The notes beneath the pieces are model-generated. The model was not told the origin of the DNA, ran no database searches, and worked only from the letters and a program-made list of their open reading frames with translations. A program made the position numbers and the translations under genes. A DNA stretch of 64,000 nt from positions 608,001 through 672,000 of the forward strand of contig OZ253665.1 in NCBI GenBank assembly GCA_965263295.1, written 5' to 3'. Shown one piece after another: positions 28,297 to 38,095 of this stretch. Position 1 is the stretch's first letter. Each line of letters begins with the position of its first letter. This DNA comes from Spirochaetia bacterium (GTDB lineage: Bacteria > Spirochaetota > Spirochaetia > SP-2023).

Positions 28297-30441
28297 TTAC
28301 AAAACTTCTGCCGTTTCTTTGAGATTCTGAATGATAAATTTCCTGCGCTGGGGTGTGTTTTTTCCCATGTAAAACGCCAATATATCAGGGATGCTGTGCA
28401 TTTTAAACGGTTCGACATTCACCGGAATCAAGCGTATTTTTTCATCGATAAATTGCCCAAATTCCTTGGGAGAAATCTCACCTAGCCCCTTAAATCTTGT
28501 AATTTCTGGGCTAGAAAGTTTCTTGATCCAGTGCTTGCGCTCTTCTTCGTTGTAGCAGTAGTGGGTTTCCTTGCTGTTGCGCACACGAAACAGCGGTGTT
28601 TCAAGGATAAACAAATGCCCCGCCTGCACTAGTTCCTCAAAGTAGTGCAGGAAAAAAGTCATCAGCAAGTTGCGAATGTGGTAACCGTCATCATCGGCAT
28701 CTGTGGCCAGAATAATTCGATCGTAGCGCAACTGATCGGTGCCATTCTCCAGCCCCAGGGCTTTGAGCAGGTGAAACAATTCTTCATTTTGATAGATCTC
28801 TGCCGTACTGCGCCCGAAGCAATTCCAGGGCTTACCGCGCAAGGAAAACAAGGCCTGGCAGTAGACGTCGCGACAAGAGACCAGAGAACCCGTGGCCGAC
28901 TGGCCCTCAGTGAGAAAAATCATGGTCGGTTTATTTTCCCGCATGGCCTTTTTGGGGCGCTTGTCGCCGCGGTGATATTTGCAGTCGCGCAGCTGGGGGA
29001 TGTTCAGGGTCAGGCGCTTGCCGGATTCGCGCATCATTTTGCGCACACTTGAAAGCTCTTTGCGCAACTTCTCGTTTTGCTTAATTTTCTCTCCGAGCTT
29101 TCGTGCCAAATCTTCGTTGCGATAGAGCAGGTCGGCGGTCATCTTGCGGACTTGGGCGGCGATCGGGCCGCGCAGCTCAGTACTGCCCAATTTGTTCTTG
29201 GTTTGGCTCTCAAAAATCGGATTTTTGACTTTGACTTTAATTGCGGCGACCAAGCCGTCGCGAATGTCTTGCGCGGTATAGGTGGTCTTGTAGAAATCGT
29301 TGATACCGCGCGTAAAACCTTCGCGAAACGCCTGCAAATGGACGCCGCCATCGACAGTGAATTGGCCATTGACAAAAGAAAAGTGCGTTTCACCAATTTG
29401 CTGCGTGTGGGTGAAGGCAAATTCAAGCCCTAGATTTTCGTCCCCCCGGTGTTCATCCCTGTTTTTATCTTTGGTGGGTTCGGCCCTCATGGATTCTTCA
29501 TTTCTGCGGGCATCACTTTGACAGCGCATGATCTGATACAGGGTCCCACTCTGAAGTTCGCGCTGCAGCAGGTCCTGCAGGCCGTGCCGGCTAAAGTAGC
29601 GCTCGGTCTCGCCGGCGACTTGCATTGTCAATTGCAGTTCTGGATTCAGGCAAGAGTAATGAAAAAACCGATTTTGCAGGAATTCTAACTGGAAAGCGAA
29701 TGGGCCAAAAATTTCATCGTCGGGCCAAAATTCGACGTATGTTCCATTGGCTTCATTTGTCGGCCCCTGGTTTTGGCGCTGCAATTTACCTCGGACAAAT
29801 ACGGCTTCGGCCATTTGACCGTCGCGGTAGGCTCGCACCAGAAAATGCGCGGAAAGTGCGTTTACGGCTTTGGCGCCGACACCGTTGAGACCGACAGAAA
29901 ACTGAAATACGTCGTCGTTATATTTTGCCCCGGTATTGATGACGGAAACGGCCTCGACAATTTTGCCCAAGGGTATACCGCGGCCGTAGTCGCGCACCGA
30001 GATGAGGCCGCTGCTGGCTCTGCGTTTGCGTTTGCGCTGCTTTTCGTCTTCCGACTGCCAAGCGGCCGGCGCATCGGTTGGGGCCGGCACATCCGCTGGC
30101 TCTGCGTCAGAGGGGCTTGCTCCATCATCGCTAGCCGGCACAGATTCTGCGCCGCGCCCCGTCGCCGCATCCGCAGATTGGGGGCGAATGAGCGTCAGCC
30201 GGCTGCCGTCTGCGTAACTTTGCTCTAAATGGATTTCAATGTGCTTGCCTTGGCCCATGATATATTCATCGATTGCATTGTCAACGATTTCCTTGAGCAG
30301 GATATAAATACCGTCTTCGTAGTGTTCGCCGCCGCCCAGGCGGCCAATGTACATCCCTGAGCGCAGGCGAATATGCTCTAGGGCTTCCAGAGTCTGAATT
30401 TTGCTCTCGTCGTAATTATTGTCCGTTTCTTTGGCAGGCAT
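28297..30441 (-). CDS. parE: DNA topoisomerase IV subunit B
   Basis: LEHIRLRSGMYIG, EIVDNAIDE, RDYGRGIP, GLNGVG, FESQTKNKL, TOPRIM TEGQSA and ATDADDDG, RFKGLGE, MGKNTPQRR. Start at ATG 30441 after AAAGGA. Confidence 0.92.
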   Translation of the reverse strand: MPAKETDNNYDESKIQTLEALEHIRLRSGMYIGRLGGGEHYEDGIYILLKEIVDNAIDEYIMGQGKHIEIHLEQSYADGSRLTLIRPQSADAATGRGAESVPASDDGASPSDAEPADVPAPTDAPAAWQSEDEKQRKRKRRASSGLISVRDYGRGIPLGKIVEAVSVINTGAKYNDDVFQFSVGLNGVGAKAVNALSAHFLVRAYRDGQMAEAVFVRGKLQRQNQGPTNEANGTYVEFWPDDEIFGPFAFQLEFLQNRFFHYSCLNPELQLTMQVAGETERYFSRHGLQDLLQRELQSGTLYQIMRCQSDARRNEESMRAEPTKDKNRDEHRGDENLGLEFAFTHTQQIGETHFSFVNGQFTVDGGVHLQAFREGFTRGINDFYKTTYTAQDIRDGLVAAIKVKVKNPIFESQTKNKLGSTELRGPIAAQVRKMTADLLYRNEDLARKLGEKIKQNEKLRKELSSVRKMMRESGKRLTLNIPQLRDCKYHRGDKRPKKAMRENKPTMIFLTEGQSATGSLVSCRDVYCQALFSLRGKPWNCFGRSTAEIYQNEELFHLLKALGLENGTDQLRYDRIILATDADDDGYHIRNLLMTFFLHYFEELVQAGHLFILETPLFRVRNSKETHYCYNEEERKHWIKKLSSPEITRFKGLGEISPKEFGQFIDEKIRLIPVNVEPFKMHSIPDILAFYMGKNTPQRRKFIIQNLKETAEVL

Positions 30442-30583
30442 TCGCATTCCTTTACTGGCTAGAAAATAATAGCACCAAGGCATTGATAACAGAAATCTGA
30501 CGGCTTGCCAAGCCCCGGGTTTTCACCTGTTGCCTTTGTGAATAGTTTAGGTCAGGCAAACATACATTTCGGCTCGCGCCTAC

Positions 30584-30612
30584 TTGACAAAAGCGGGCTA
30601 CTCGAATATATT
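30584..30612 (+). promoter_or_regulatory. Sigma70 promoter of tRNA-Phe
   Basis: TTGACA-17 bp-TATATT followed by a GC-rich discriminator CGCGC. Confidence 0.8.
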
Positions 30613-30634
30613 CGCGCTACGTAAAGTGTAATAG

Positions 30635-30707
<73 letters not shown>

Positions 30708-30996
30708 AGCATCTTTTCACGCGTTGCATCCACTCCAACAAGTCAAGACAGCACATCTGCGCCGGCAAGTCGAATATCAATTTATGGCGATTATAGATTT
30801 TTATAATGGTTATTATTTCGAGCGTTCGGCCGGTCGGTCTGCCGAGTGATCGCGTCCCGGCCCATCCCAATCCCCATCCCCATCATGGATGGCGTGCTTA
30901 AATTGCCGGCAACTTAGTCTCAAAACATCCTGGCATTTCCCATTCCATTCTTCATGAAGCCGCATGGTAATTCCCATGGTTGTTTTGATGGTTGTT

Positions 30997-31524
30997 TCAT
31001 ATTTGTCTCCGGCGCGAGGGTGTTCTCGACAGCCGCCATGCCTGACGCCTTAAAAATCGGCGATAGGGCTTGAGCGACTCTTGCGGCACGTGGCTAGCGA
31101 CGATCCTCAGCAGGGCGGCCAGGGCCTTTTTCTCCTTGCCCTGGTCGCAATCAAGAAGGGCTCGCATGACATCAAACATCGCCTCTTGCGGAAATTCGCT
31201 TGCGGCAAGTTTCAGAACTCGGCGGGCGGCGGCGGTTTTGCCGAGATTGCGCTAAGAGGAGGCGAGACAGAAATAGATGTCGCACCGGTTCTTGTCCGAC
31301 AGGCCCGACGGAAGGGACTCAAGAGACTCAAGGGCCCTGTTGTAGAATGCAACCGCCCTGTCCTCCCTACCGGCCCGGTCGAAGGCGAAACCGGCTTCCA
31401 TTAGGGCGGCAGCGCCGCAGCCGGGCGTGGCAATGGCCTCGAAAAGCCGCATGGCGGCCTTGTGCTTGCCATCGAGGGAACATTGCACGGCTTTTGAGAG
31501 GTTTTCCGCGTATTCATCCGTCAT
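30997..31524 (-). pseudogene. TPR_5-like tetratricopeptide protein interrupted by one in-frame TAG
   Basis: ORFs 31252..31539 and 30997..31179 share a frame. Read through, the join is ...FCLASS*RNLGKTAAARRVLKLAASEFPQEAMFDV..., matching the L(A/G)S(T/S)(L/Y)RNLG...FP pattern of this family. TAG is at 31252-31254. Confidence 0.75.
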
Positions 31525-31638
31525 GGCACAAACCTTCATTAAAGTACGTCAGTATAAGTTTTTCATTATCCTTGTGTAAAAGGAAAGAGGATGATTTTGC
31601 TGCTTCGCCTTTTGCGCAAGGGAACGAAGGCAAAACCA

Positions 31639-33540
31639 CTAATTCTGCGCTAGTTTTTCGGCGATGTGAGCTACGGCACCTTTTAGGACAAGATCATAGT
31701 CTAGGTTATATACCGGCACAGTCTCCATATAGCGTATCTTTTCATTGTAAGCAATGCGGCGCACCCTCTCTTCTGTCACGCGATATTTTTTCTTGATCTT
31801 TCGGTCAAAAAACTCCTCAAATTCGGCATCGGTATAGTTGTGGTTCTGGCTGACAAAGTCGGAAACCAGCGCGTCGCCCAGTAGCTTCAGCAAACCTTTC
31901 TGCTCGGCTTCGCTCAGTTCGGGTTCAATTAATTCGTGGTCGGGCCGGATACCGTTATTGGCCAGGTTTATGCCTTTAGGAGTGTAAAAGTGTGCAATTG
32001 TTAGTTTTAAAATGCCCTCTGGAAGGGTTACCGGAATTTGCACTGAACCTTTGCCGAAACTTTTCTGTCCGAGAACTTCGGCGCGGTGATTGTCTTGTAA
32101 AGCTCCGGCGACAATTTCGGCGGCTGACGCCGAATCATTGTCGACAATAACGTAGACGGGCAAATCTTCCGGTATACTGGTTTGCCGCTTGGCTTTGAAC
32201 TCCAGGATGTTATCCTCAGTGCGTGCATCGGTACTGACAAGCATGCCGGCCGAGAGGAATTGGTCGGCAATTTCAACGGCAACATTCAAAAGTCCCCCCG
32301 GGTTGTGTTGCATGTCCAGAATCATTGCGACTATCGGAGTGTGACTCTGTTTGCCCTGTCTCAACCAGTTTCGAACCTGCTTGTCGAACTGCTTGCCCGC
32401 CAAGGCATTAAATTCGATGAGTTCGACGTAGAGAATATTCCCCGTCAAACTCGGATTTTTGTCCGCTTCTAGGGGGATCAATGCCGAGCTGACTGCCGGA
32501 ACTTCAATTTTTTCGCGTACAACTTCAAATTCAATCTTATGTTTGCGGGCTCTCAAGACCGTGATTTTAACCTTGGTTCCCGGCATGCCGCGCATCTTGT
32601 TTTGTATCTGCTCCACGCTCCAATCTTTTGCGCTTTGATCGTCAATGGCGTAAATAAAATCGTCCGCCATAATTCCGGCGCGAAATGAGGGGCCACTTGG
32701 GAAGGGTCGAGTAACTTTTACGTAATGGCGCTGTAAAGATTTATATTCATTTGCAGAGGACGATGAATCCCCATTGGCCTCTTCGGTGGTATCTTCAGTC
32801 GCCTGGCCAAAATCGGGCTTCTTGCTGATATACAATCCGACACCGCCAAAACTGCCGTTAGTCGTGTCACTCAGCTGGTAAAAACCGCTATCCTGAAAAA
32901 AACCACTGAATGGGTCATGCAAGGGGCGACAAAGGGCGGCTATGACTTCGGTATAGACCTTTTGCGCAAATTCTGTGCTGTAGTAATTGTCCTGACGACC
33001 GTCGCTGAGGACGTCTTCGTACGCCCGCTGCAGTTTTTGAGGATTGAATTCCTCGTACTCCTGGGCAAATTGCTCGTTTTGTTTTTCCGTTTCCGCCGGG
33101 CTCAACTCCGCGCGCCTGGGGGCCCGAATGCTCATCGTTTCTGCGTTGTCACGCGCAGAACGAGCCTCACGTTCCCACTGCGAGATTGTTTTCTGACCTT
33201 CCTCACTCAACTTACGTTCGTCTTTGAGCCAGTTGGCAACAATTAACTCCATCGTTTCCGCTGCCGACTGATACAAGATCTTGGGAGACACCGGAACGAC
33301 ATAACGTTTGACCAACAAGCGATAACTTTCGGCAATGGCCTTACTGTAAGTCTCGTCATTGCCGGGCATGACCAGACTTTGCCCGGCCCATTTCTTTTGC
33401 TGATTTTGTTCGTAGAGCTGGTATAAAGTCAAACCAGCCGATACAGCCAATATGAGAAAGGCTGCGATTATGCCATAGCTGCGCCATTTGCAGATTCTGC
33501 TGAATTTGCCGAGCCATTTATTTACGCCGTTATATTCCAT
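31639..33540 (-). CDS. Carboxyl-terminal processing protease, S41 family
   Basis: N-terminal TM helix, DPFS, FGGVGL PDZ, NPGGLL, SASAAEIVAGALQD, KSFGKGSVQ, YTPKG. Start uncertain (33540 or 33558). Confidence 0.93.
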   Translation of the reverse strand: MEYNGVNKWLGKFSRICKWRSYGIIAAFLILAVSAGLTLYQLYEQNQQKKWAGQSLVMPGNDETYSKAIAESYRLLVKRYVVPVSPKILYQSAAETMELIVANWLKDERKLSEEGQKTISQWEREARSARDNAETMSIRAPRRAELSPAETEKQNEQFAQEYEEFNPQKLQRAYEDVLSDGRQDNYYSTEFAQKVYTEVIAALCRPLHDPFSGFFQDSGFYQLSDTTNGSFGGVGLYISKKPDFGQATEDTTEEANGDSSSSANEYKSLQRHYVKVTRPFPSGPSFRAGIMADDFIYAIDDQSAKDWSVEQIQNKMRGMPGTKVKITVLRARKHKIEFEVVREKIEVPAVSSALIPLEADKNPSLTGNILYVELIEFNALAGKQFDKQVRNWLRQGKQSHTPIVAMILDMQHNPGGLLNVAVEIADQFLSAGMLVSTDARTEDNILEFKAKRQTSIPEDLPVYVIVDNDSASAAEIVAGALQDNHRAEVLGQKSFGKGSVQIPVTLPEGILKLTIAHFYTPKGINLANNGIRPDHELIEPELSEAEQKGLLKLLGDALVSDFVSQNHNYTDAEFEEFFDRKIKKKYRVTEERVRRIAYNEKIRYMETVPVYNLDYDLVLKGAVAHIAEKLAQN

Positions 33541-33868
33541 TGATATGAAGAACTCCAAATTATTTACGAGGTTTACAAGTTGCTTATATGGGGCAGAATT
33601 CCCAATGTGTCAGTTTGGGTAGCGATAGCTTACTCTGTTGGGTTCTGTAAGGGAACGCCGAATTGACCTAAACGATAAAGAATAATGGGAATAATGGGAA
33701 ATGATCATGTTTGTCGACTCGTCGCGCTTGTGCATATTTGTACTGTACAAAATTCCATTAAGCAAATAGTATGTGGTGTATTTGCTGTTATGTGCACTGT
33801 CGCTGCCAGAGACAGCCGTGAATAAAAACTAAACAGGCGTGATTTTTAACTTTTTAGGAGATTTTTTT

Positions 33869-35326
33869 ATGAGTGACTCTTTAGCCCGGATTGGTGTTGT
33901 GGGCCTAGCCGTCATGGGGCGCAACCTGATTCTGAACATGGCGGACCACGGTTTTCGTGTCGCCGTCTACAACCGCACAATCCGTAAGGTCAATGACTTT
34001 TTGGCAGAAGCTAGGGGCAGTGAAGCTTCTTTTGATAAGCTTATCGGTTCTTCCAGTCTGGAAGATTTTGTAACTAAGTTGGAGCGTCCACGCAAAATTG
34101 TGTTGATGGTTCAGGCCGGGGCTGCAGTGGATGCCTTTATCGAGCAAGTTCTACCCCTGCTCAACGAGGGTGATTGCATCATTGATGGCGGTAATTCGCT
34201 GTTTTCAGATACCACACGCCGCGTGAATTATCTGCGGCCCAAGGGCATTTTGTATCTCGGCGTCGGGGTTTCGGGCGGAGAAGAAGGAGCCCGCAAAGGA
34301 CCGTCGCTGATGCCGGGCGGCGATGTGAAGGCCTGGCCTCTCGTTCAGGAAATTTTCCAATCCATTGCGGCCAAGACCATTGATGGTCAAGCATGCTGCG
34401 AGTGGGTCGGCCCCGAAGGGGCGGGCCATTTCGTCAAAATGGTTCACAACGGCATTGAATACGGCGATATGCAACTGATCTGTGAGGCCTACCAGTTCAT
34501 GCGCGACGGTTTGCACATGTCCTACCCAGAAATGCAGCAAACGTTTGCAGAGTGGAACCGGGGCGAGTTGGACAGTTATCTGATTGAAATTACAGCCGAT
34601 ATTCTGGCTAGAGAAAATAATGGCAAACCGGTCGTCGAACAAGTTCTCGATACGGCTGGACAGAAGGGAACGGGCAAGTGGACTGGAATTAATGCTTTGG
34701 AATTGGGGATTCCACTGACGTTGATCGGCGAAGCTGTATTTGCTCGCTATATTTCTTCGATGAAGGAAGAACGTATTGAAGCCGCCAAGAAGTTTCAGCA
34801 CAGAATTGACAAGATTGACGATGGTCGCGATCGCAAAGAAATCCTTGAAGATCTTCGTCTGGCTTTGTTGGCTTCAAAAATCATTTCCTATGCTCAGGGT
34901 TACATGCTGATGCGTCAGGCGGCCAAAGAATACGGCTGGGAGCTAAACTATGGAGGCATCGCTTTGATGTGGCGCGGTGGCTGCATCATTCGCAGTGTAT
35001 TCCTCGGCAAGATCAAAGAAGCTTTCGATGCCGATCCACAGCTAAGCAATCTACTGCTGGCTCCTTATTTTAAGCAGAAAGTCGAAAGCGCTCAGGCCGG
35101 CTGGCGCCGCATTATAGCGGCTAGCGTCAGTGCGGCAATCCCTGTGCCGACATTCTCTTCAGCTTTGAGCTTCTTTGACAGCTATTCTTCGGCTTGGTTG
35201 CCAGCTAACTTGTTGCAGGCTCAGCGCGATTACTTTGGTTCACACACTTATGAGCGCGTCGATCAACCTCGCGGCCAATTCTATCACACAGACTGGATTG
35301 GCGATGGCGCAGAGAGCCGGGCTTAA
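33869..35326 (+). CDS. gnd: 6-phosphogluconate dehydrogenase, NADP-dependent, decarboxylating
   Basis: GLAVMG.NL, IIDGGNS, GVSGGEEGA, KMVHNGIEYGDMQ, QKGTGKW, QAQRDYFG.HTY. AGGAG SD before ATG 33869. Confidence 0.98.
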   Translation: MSDSLARIGVVGLAVMGRNLILNMADHGFRVAVYNRTIRKVNDFLAEARGSEASFDKLIGSSSLEDFVTKLERPRKIVLMVQAGAAVDAFIEQVLPLLNEGDCIIDGGNSLFSDTTRRVNYLRPKGILYLGVGVSGGEEGARKGPSLMPGGDVKAWPLVQEIFQSIAAKTIDGQACCEWVGPEGAGHFVKMVHNGIEYGDMQLICEAYQFMRDGLHMSYPEMQQTFAEWNRGELDSYLIEITADILARENNGKPVVEQVLDTAGQKGTGKWTGINALELGIPLTLIGEAVFARYISSMKEERIEAAKKFQHRIDKIDDGRDRKEILEDLRLALLASKIISYAQGYMLMRQAAKEYGWELNYGGIALMWRGGCIIRSVFLGKIKEAFDADPQLSNLLLAPYFKQKVESAQAGWRRIIAASVSAAIPVPTFSSALSFFDSYSSAWLPANLLQAQRDYFGSHTYERVDQPRGQFYHTDWIGDGAESRA

Positions 35327-35469
35327 GCTCGCTGGAGCTCTAAAAAGTTTGGGAAACTTAAGTTTCCCGCAAAAGAGCAGTGAAATTAATGTCTTGCTGT
35401 TCTTTTGCATATTCAATTGGCGCGAAAATACCACACAACAACGGGCAAAGTAAGTAATAAGTAGTAGCG

Positions 35470-36942
35470 ATGAGCATGCCACCCCGAGAGCAGCACGGGC
35501 GACAAATTAATACTCAAAATGATGACGTGCGCCATTCTGAATCAGAGCTAGCTGAGACAGTTGAAAAGACAGGAAGCAGGTCCCTGAGTCTGACGCAATA
35601 TTTGCAGCTAGGCTGGCGCAGACTTGTACAGTTTATTTACTGGTTCCGGCCATTCAATATCATGCGTTTCCTCGGTATCCCGATCGTGGCTCGCTATATT
35701 ATTGCCGAGTTTCTATTTTCGTTTTTTATTTCTTTTGCTTTTTTCTTCTTCATTTTCCTTGTCAATGCCCTGCTCCTTGTCGCAAGAAAATACGCGGGCC
35801 AAGGCCTGCCACTCTCGGCGATCCTAAAGCTAATCTATTATAATATTCCGACCAATGTCAGTCTCAGTCTGCCGTTTTCCGTGCTAGTGGGAGCCCTGAT
35901 GGCCATTAGCCACTTGGGAGCCAGCAATCAAATGTTAGCTTTTCGCAGCTGCAGCGTTCGCCGCTCCAGTATCCTGACCCCACTATTGATTTGCAGTTTT
36001 CTGTCAGCTGTCGGTAGCTTCATTTTCAGTGATTATTTCCTGCCTTTAGGGCGCATTAATACCCAAAAAATTATTCTGCAGCTACTGAGTAACAACCCCA
36101 AAGTTATAATTAACCCCTATTCGGTGCGTTCTTTTCGCAATGACAATGGACGTAATACTTATATTATTTCTGGTCCAGTACTCAATGATACAATTAGCGA
36201 TCTAATCATCGTAGATTATGATCAGGATTTTAATCGCCGCATATTTTTCGCCAAGAAGGCCCGCCTGGCCGATGAGCGGCCTAGTGGCGTAGTGCCGTTT
36301 GTTCTCGACGATGTAAATACGACAATTGCAAGTAATTCGGATCCGGAAAAATATAGCTATATGTCCGCTGCTTCTCTGTTGTACAATGTTTTACTCGGCG
36401 ACGTGACGGAAACCTATCGCTTGACTCCGAATGATCGACAGTCTTGGGAACTCATCATGACCCTGCGCGAGACACAGCAAGAACAAGCCCGGTCGCGCGA
36501 TAGCTATGATGCCCGCAGTGTAGAATACCTGATGCAATATCGCTCCGCCTATAAAGGGTTTTACTTGACGACTGACGATACCTTGACTCAAAGCCGCCTG
36601 GAACTTGCCTATACTGCCGCTATCAATCGACCACGCAGTTTTCATGACGACAAGATATTTGACTATAAAATGGCATTTTACCAGCGCTTAGCCGTGCCAT
36701 TTTCTTGTATCCCGTTTATGATATTGGCATTTAGTCTGGGTTCCATGGCCAAGCGCTACGGACGTTCCATCGGTTTCTTGCTCGGTTTGTTGCTTTCTGG
36801 CGTCTTTTGGTTTAGCCTGGCTGGAGGACGCTTATTAGGGCGCAATAATAGCCTTGACATCCCGCCGTTTTTCCTAACATTTGCCAGCAATATTATCTTC
36901 TTGATTTTGGGAACTTTTTTGATCTTGCGCCAGAGGAACTAA
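35470..36942 (+). CDS. lptF: LptF/LptG-family permease (LptF-like)
   Basis: 3 TM + periplasmic domain + 3 TM layout, RYIIAEFL, LPFSVL, RLAVPF. The true start may be downstream (e.g. 35662). Confidence 0.82.
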   Translation: MSMPPREQHGRQINTQNDDVRHSESELAETVEKTGSRSLSLTQYLQLGWRRLVQFIYWFRPFNIMRFLGIPIVARYIIAEFLFSFFISFAFFFFIFLVNALLLVARKYAGQGLPLSAILKLIYYNIPTNVSLSLPFSVLVGALMAISHLGASNQMLAFRSCSVRRSSILTPLLICSFLSAVGSFIFSDYFLPLGRINTQKIILQLLSNNPKVIINPYSVRSFRNDNGRNTYIISGPVLNDTISDLIIVDYDQDFNRRIFFAKKARLADERPSGVVPFVLDDVNTTIASNSDPEKYSYMSAASLLYNVLLGDVTETYRLTPNDRQSWELIMTLRETQQEQARSRDSYDARSVEYLMQYRSAYKGFYLTTDDTLTQSRLELAYTAAINRPRSFHDDKIFDYKMAFYQRLAVPFSCIPFMILAFSLGSMAKRYGRSIGFLLGLLLSGVFWFSLAGGRLLGRNNSLDIPPFFLTFASNIIFLILGTFLILRQRN

Positions 36943-38027
36943 TGAAGACACTTTATCGCATGGTATTCCGCAACTTGATTTCTGTTTTTCTCGGCATGCT
37001 GCTGATTTCTGTGGTGTTGTTTGAGCTGGTCTACTTTTTTGGCGAGTTGACACGTTATCTCGATGATGATGAACTACAGGCCCGTGATTATATGAGAGTT
37101 TTAGGCCTCTACGTCCCCCTTGCGGTATCCTACGCCTCACCTCTGTCTCTACTCTTTGCCCTTGTTTTTACCCTATCCTCACTCTACGAAAATCGCGAAA
37201 TGACCGTAATCCACTCCGGGGGGATCTCTTTGGTGAATTTTGGTTTGCCCATTTTAGGCTTTGGCCTCTTAATCAGTTTCGCGACATTTTACTTCGACAA
37301 TTTTATCGTGACACGTAGTGAGCACCAGCGCAATGAATATTTTGCCGATAAGTTCCAGCGGGACCGCGTCACTCGCAGAGAAGTTTTAGTTGCGATCACC
37401 AACGAGGGGCAGCGCCTCTATATCGCCAACAGCTTCGACCCCGAGGACAAGGAACTACGAGAATTGAGCATTGTCGATAAGGATGAAACAGGTCATCTTA
37501 GCCGGCGTATTGATGCGGTGAGTGCCCTTTGGGATTCGGAGCGCAATTTATGGCGCTTAGAGCAAGTACGCATTTTTACTTACGAGCGCGATGGCGAGAT
37601 TACCGAAAGCCAGAAAACCAGCATGGCTGACCCTGACATTAATGAGTCTTTGCAAAGCTTTACGACACAGGACCTGCCGATTGAGGAAATGCCGCTGGGG
37701 GAGGCTTATGAATATCTCAATTCTTTGAAAAGAAGGAAATTACCTTACCTAGATACCGCCGTCAGTTTTCACCAGCGTTTTGCATTTCCGTTTACACCTT
37801 TAGTCGTCTCCCTGATTGGCCTGGCTATGGTTGCCCGCTTTCGGCAAAACACTCTATTGATGAGCCTGTTAGCCAGTATCGCTATTGCGGTCGTTTTTTA
37901 CATATTTCGGCTTTATGCCGGCATTGCCAGTACGGAAGGTTATATTCCGCCGTGGTTAAGTGGTTGGCTAGGCATATTGTTCTTTCTGGGCCTCGGGATC
38001 TTATTGTTTCTTGAGGCCCCAAGTTAG
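36942..38027 (+). CDS. lptG: LptF/LptG-family permease (LptG-like)
   Basis: Coupled to the previous gene by TAATG. Contains ENREM...SGGIS and RFAFPF, with the same 3+3 TM layout. Confidence 0.82.
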   Translation: MKTLYRMVFRNLISVFLGMLLISVVLFELVYFFGELTRYLDDDELQARDYMRVLGLYVPLAVSYASPLSLLFALVFTLSSLYENREMTVIHSGGISLVNFGLPILGFGLLISFATFYFDNFIVTRSEHQRNEYFADKFQRDRVTRREVLVAITNEGQRLYIANSFDPEDKELRELSIVDKDETGHLSRRIDAVSALWDSERNLWRLEQVRIFTYERDGEITESQKTSMADPDINESLQSFTTQDLPIEEMPLGEAYEYLNSLKRRKLPYLDTAVSFHQRFAFPFTPLVVSLIGLAMVARFRQNTLLMSLLASIAIAVVFYIFRLYAGIASTEGYIPPWLSGWLGILFFLGLGILLFLEAPS

Positions 38028-38095
38028 TCAAGCTATTGAATGATTGGATATTGATTGTCGCTCAAGCGTTTGATGGCCATGACACATTCAACCAA

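Noticed and set aside
30005..30225. Intein in ParE
   Set aside because: The insert is low-complexity, too short, and lacks intein N- and C-terminal splice motifs.
31252..31254. Amber recoding / pyrrolysine
   Set aside because: TAG terminates many clear genes in the window (cyclase, pyk, ileS, rnz) and no pyl genes are seen.
30708..31640. Integrative element at tRNA-Phe
   Set aside because: No integrase and no duplicated tRNA 3' end (att site) found.
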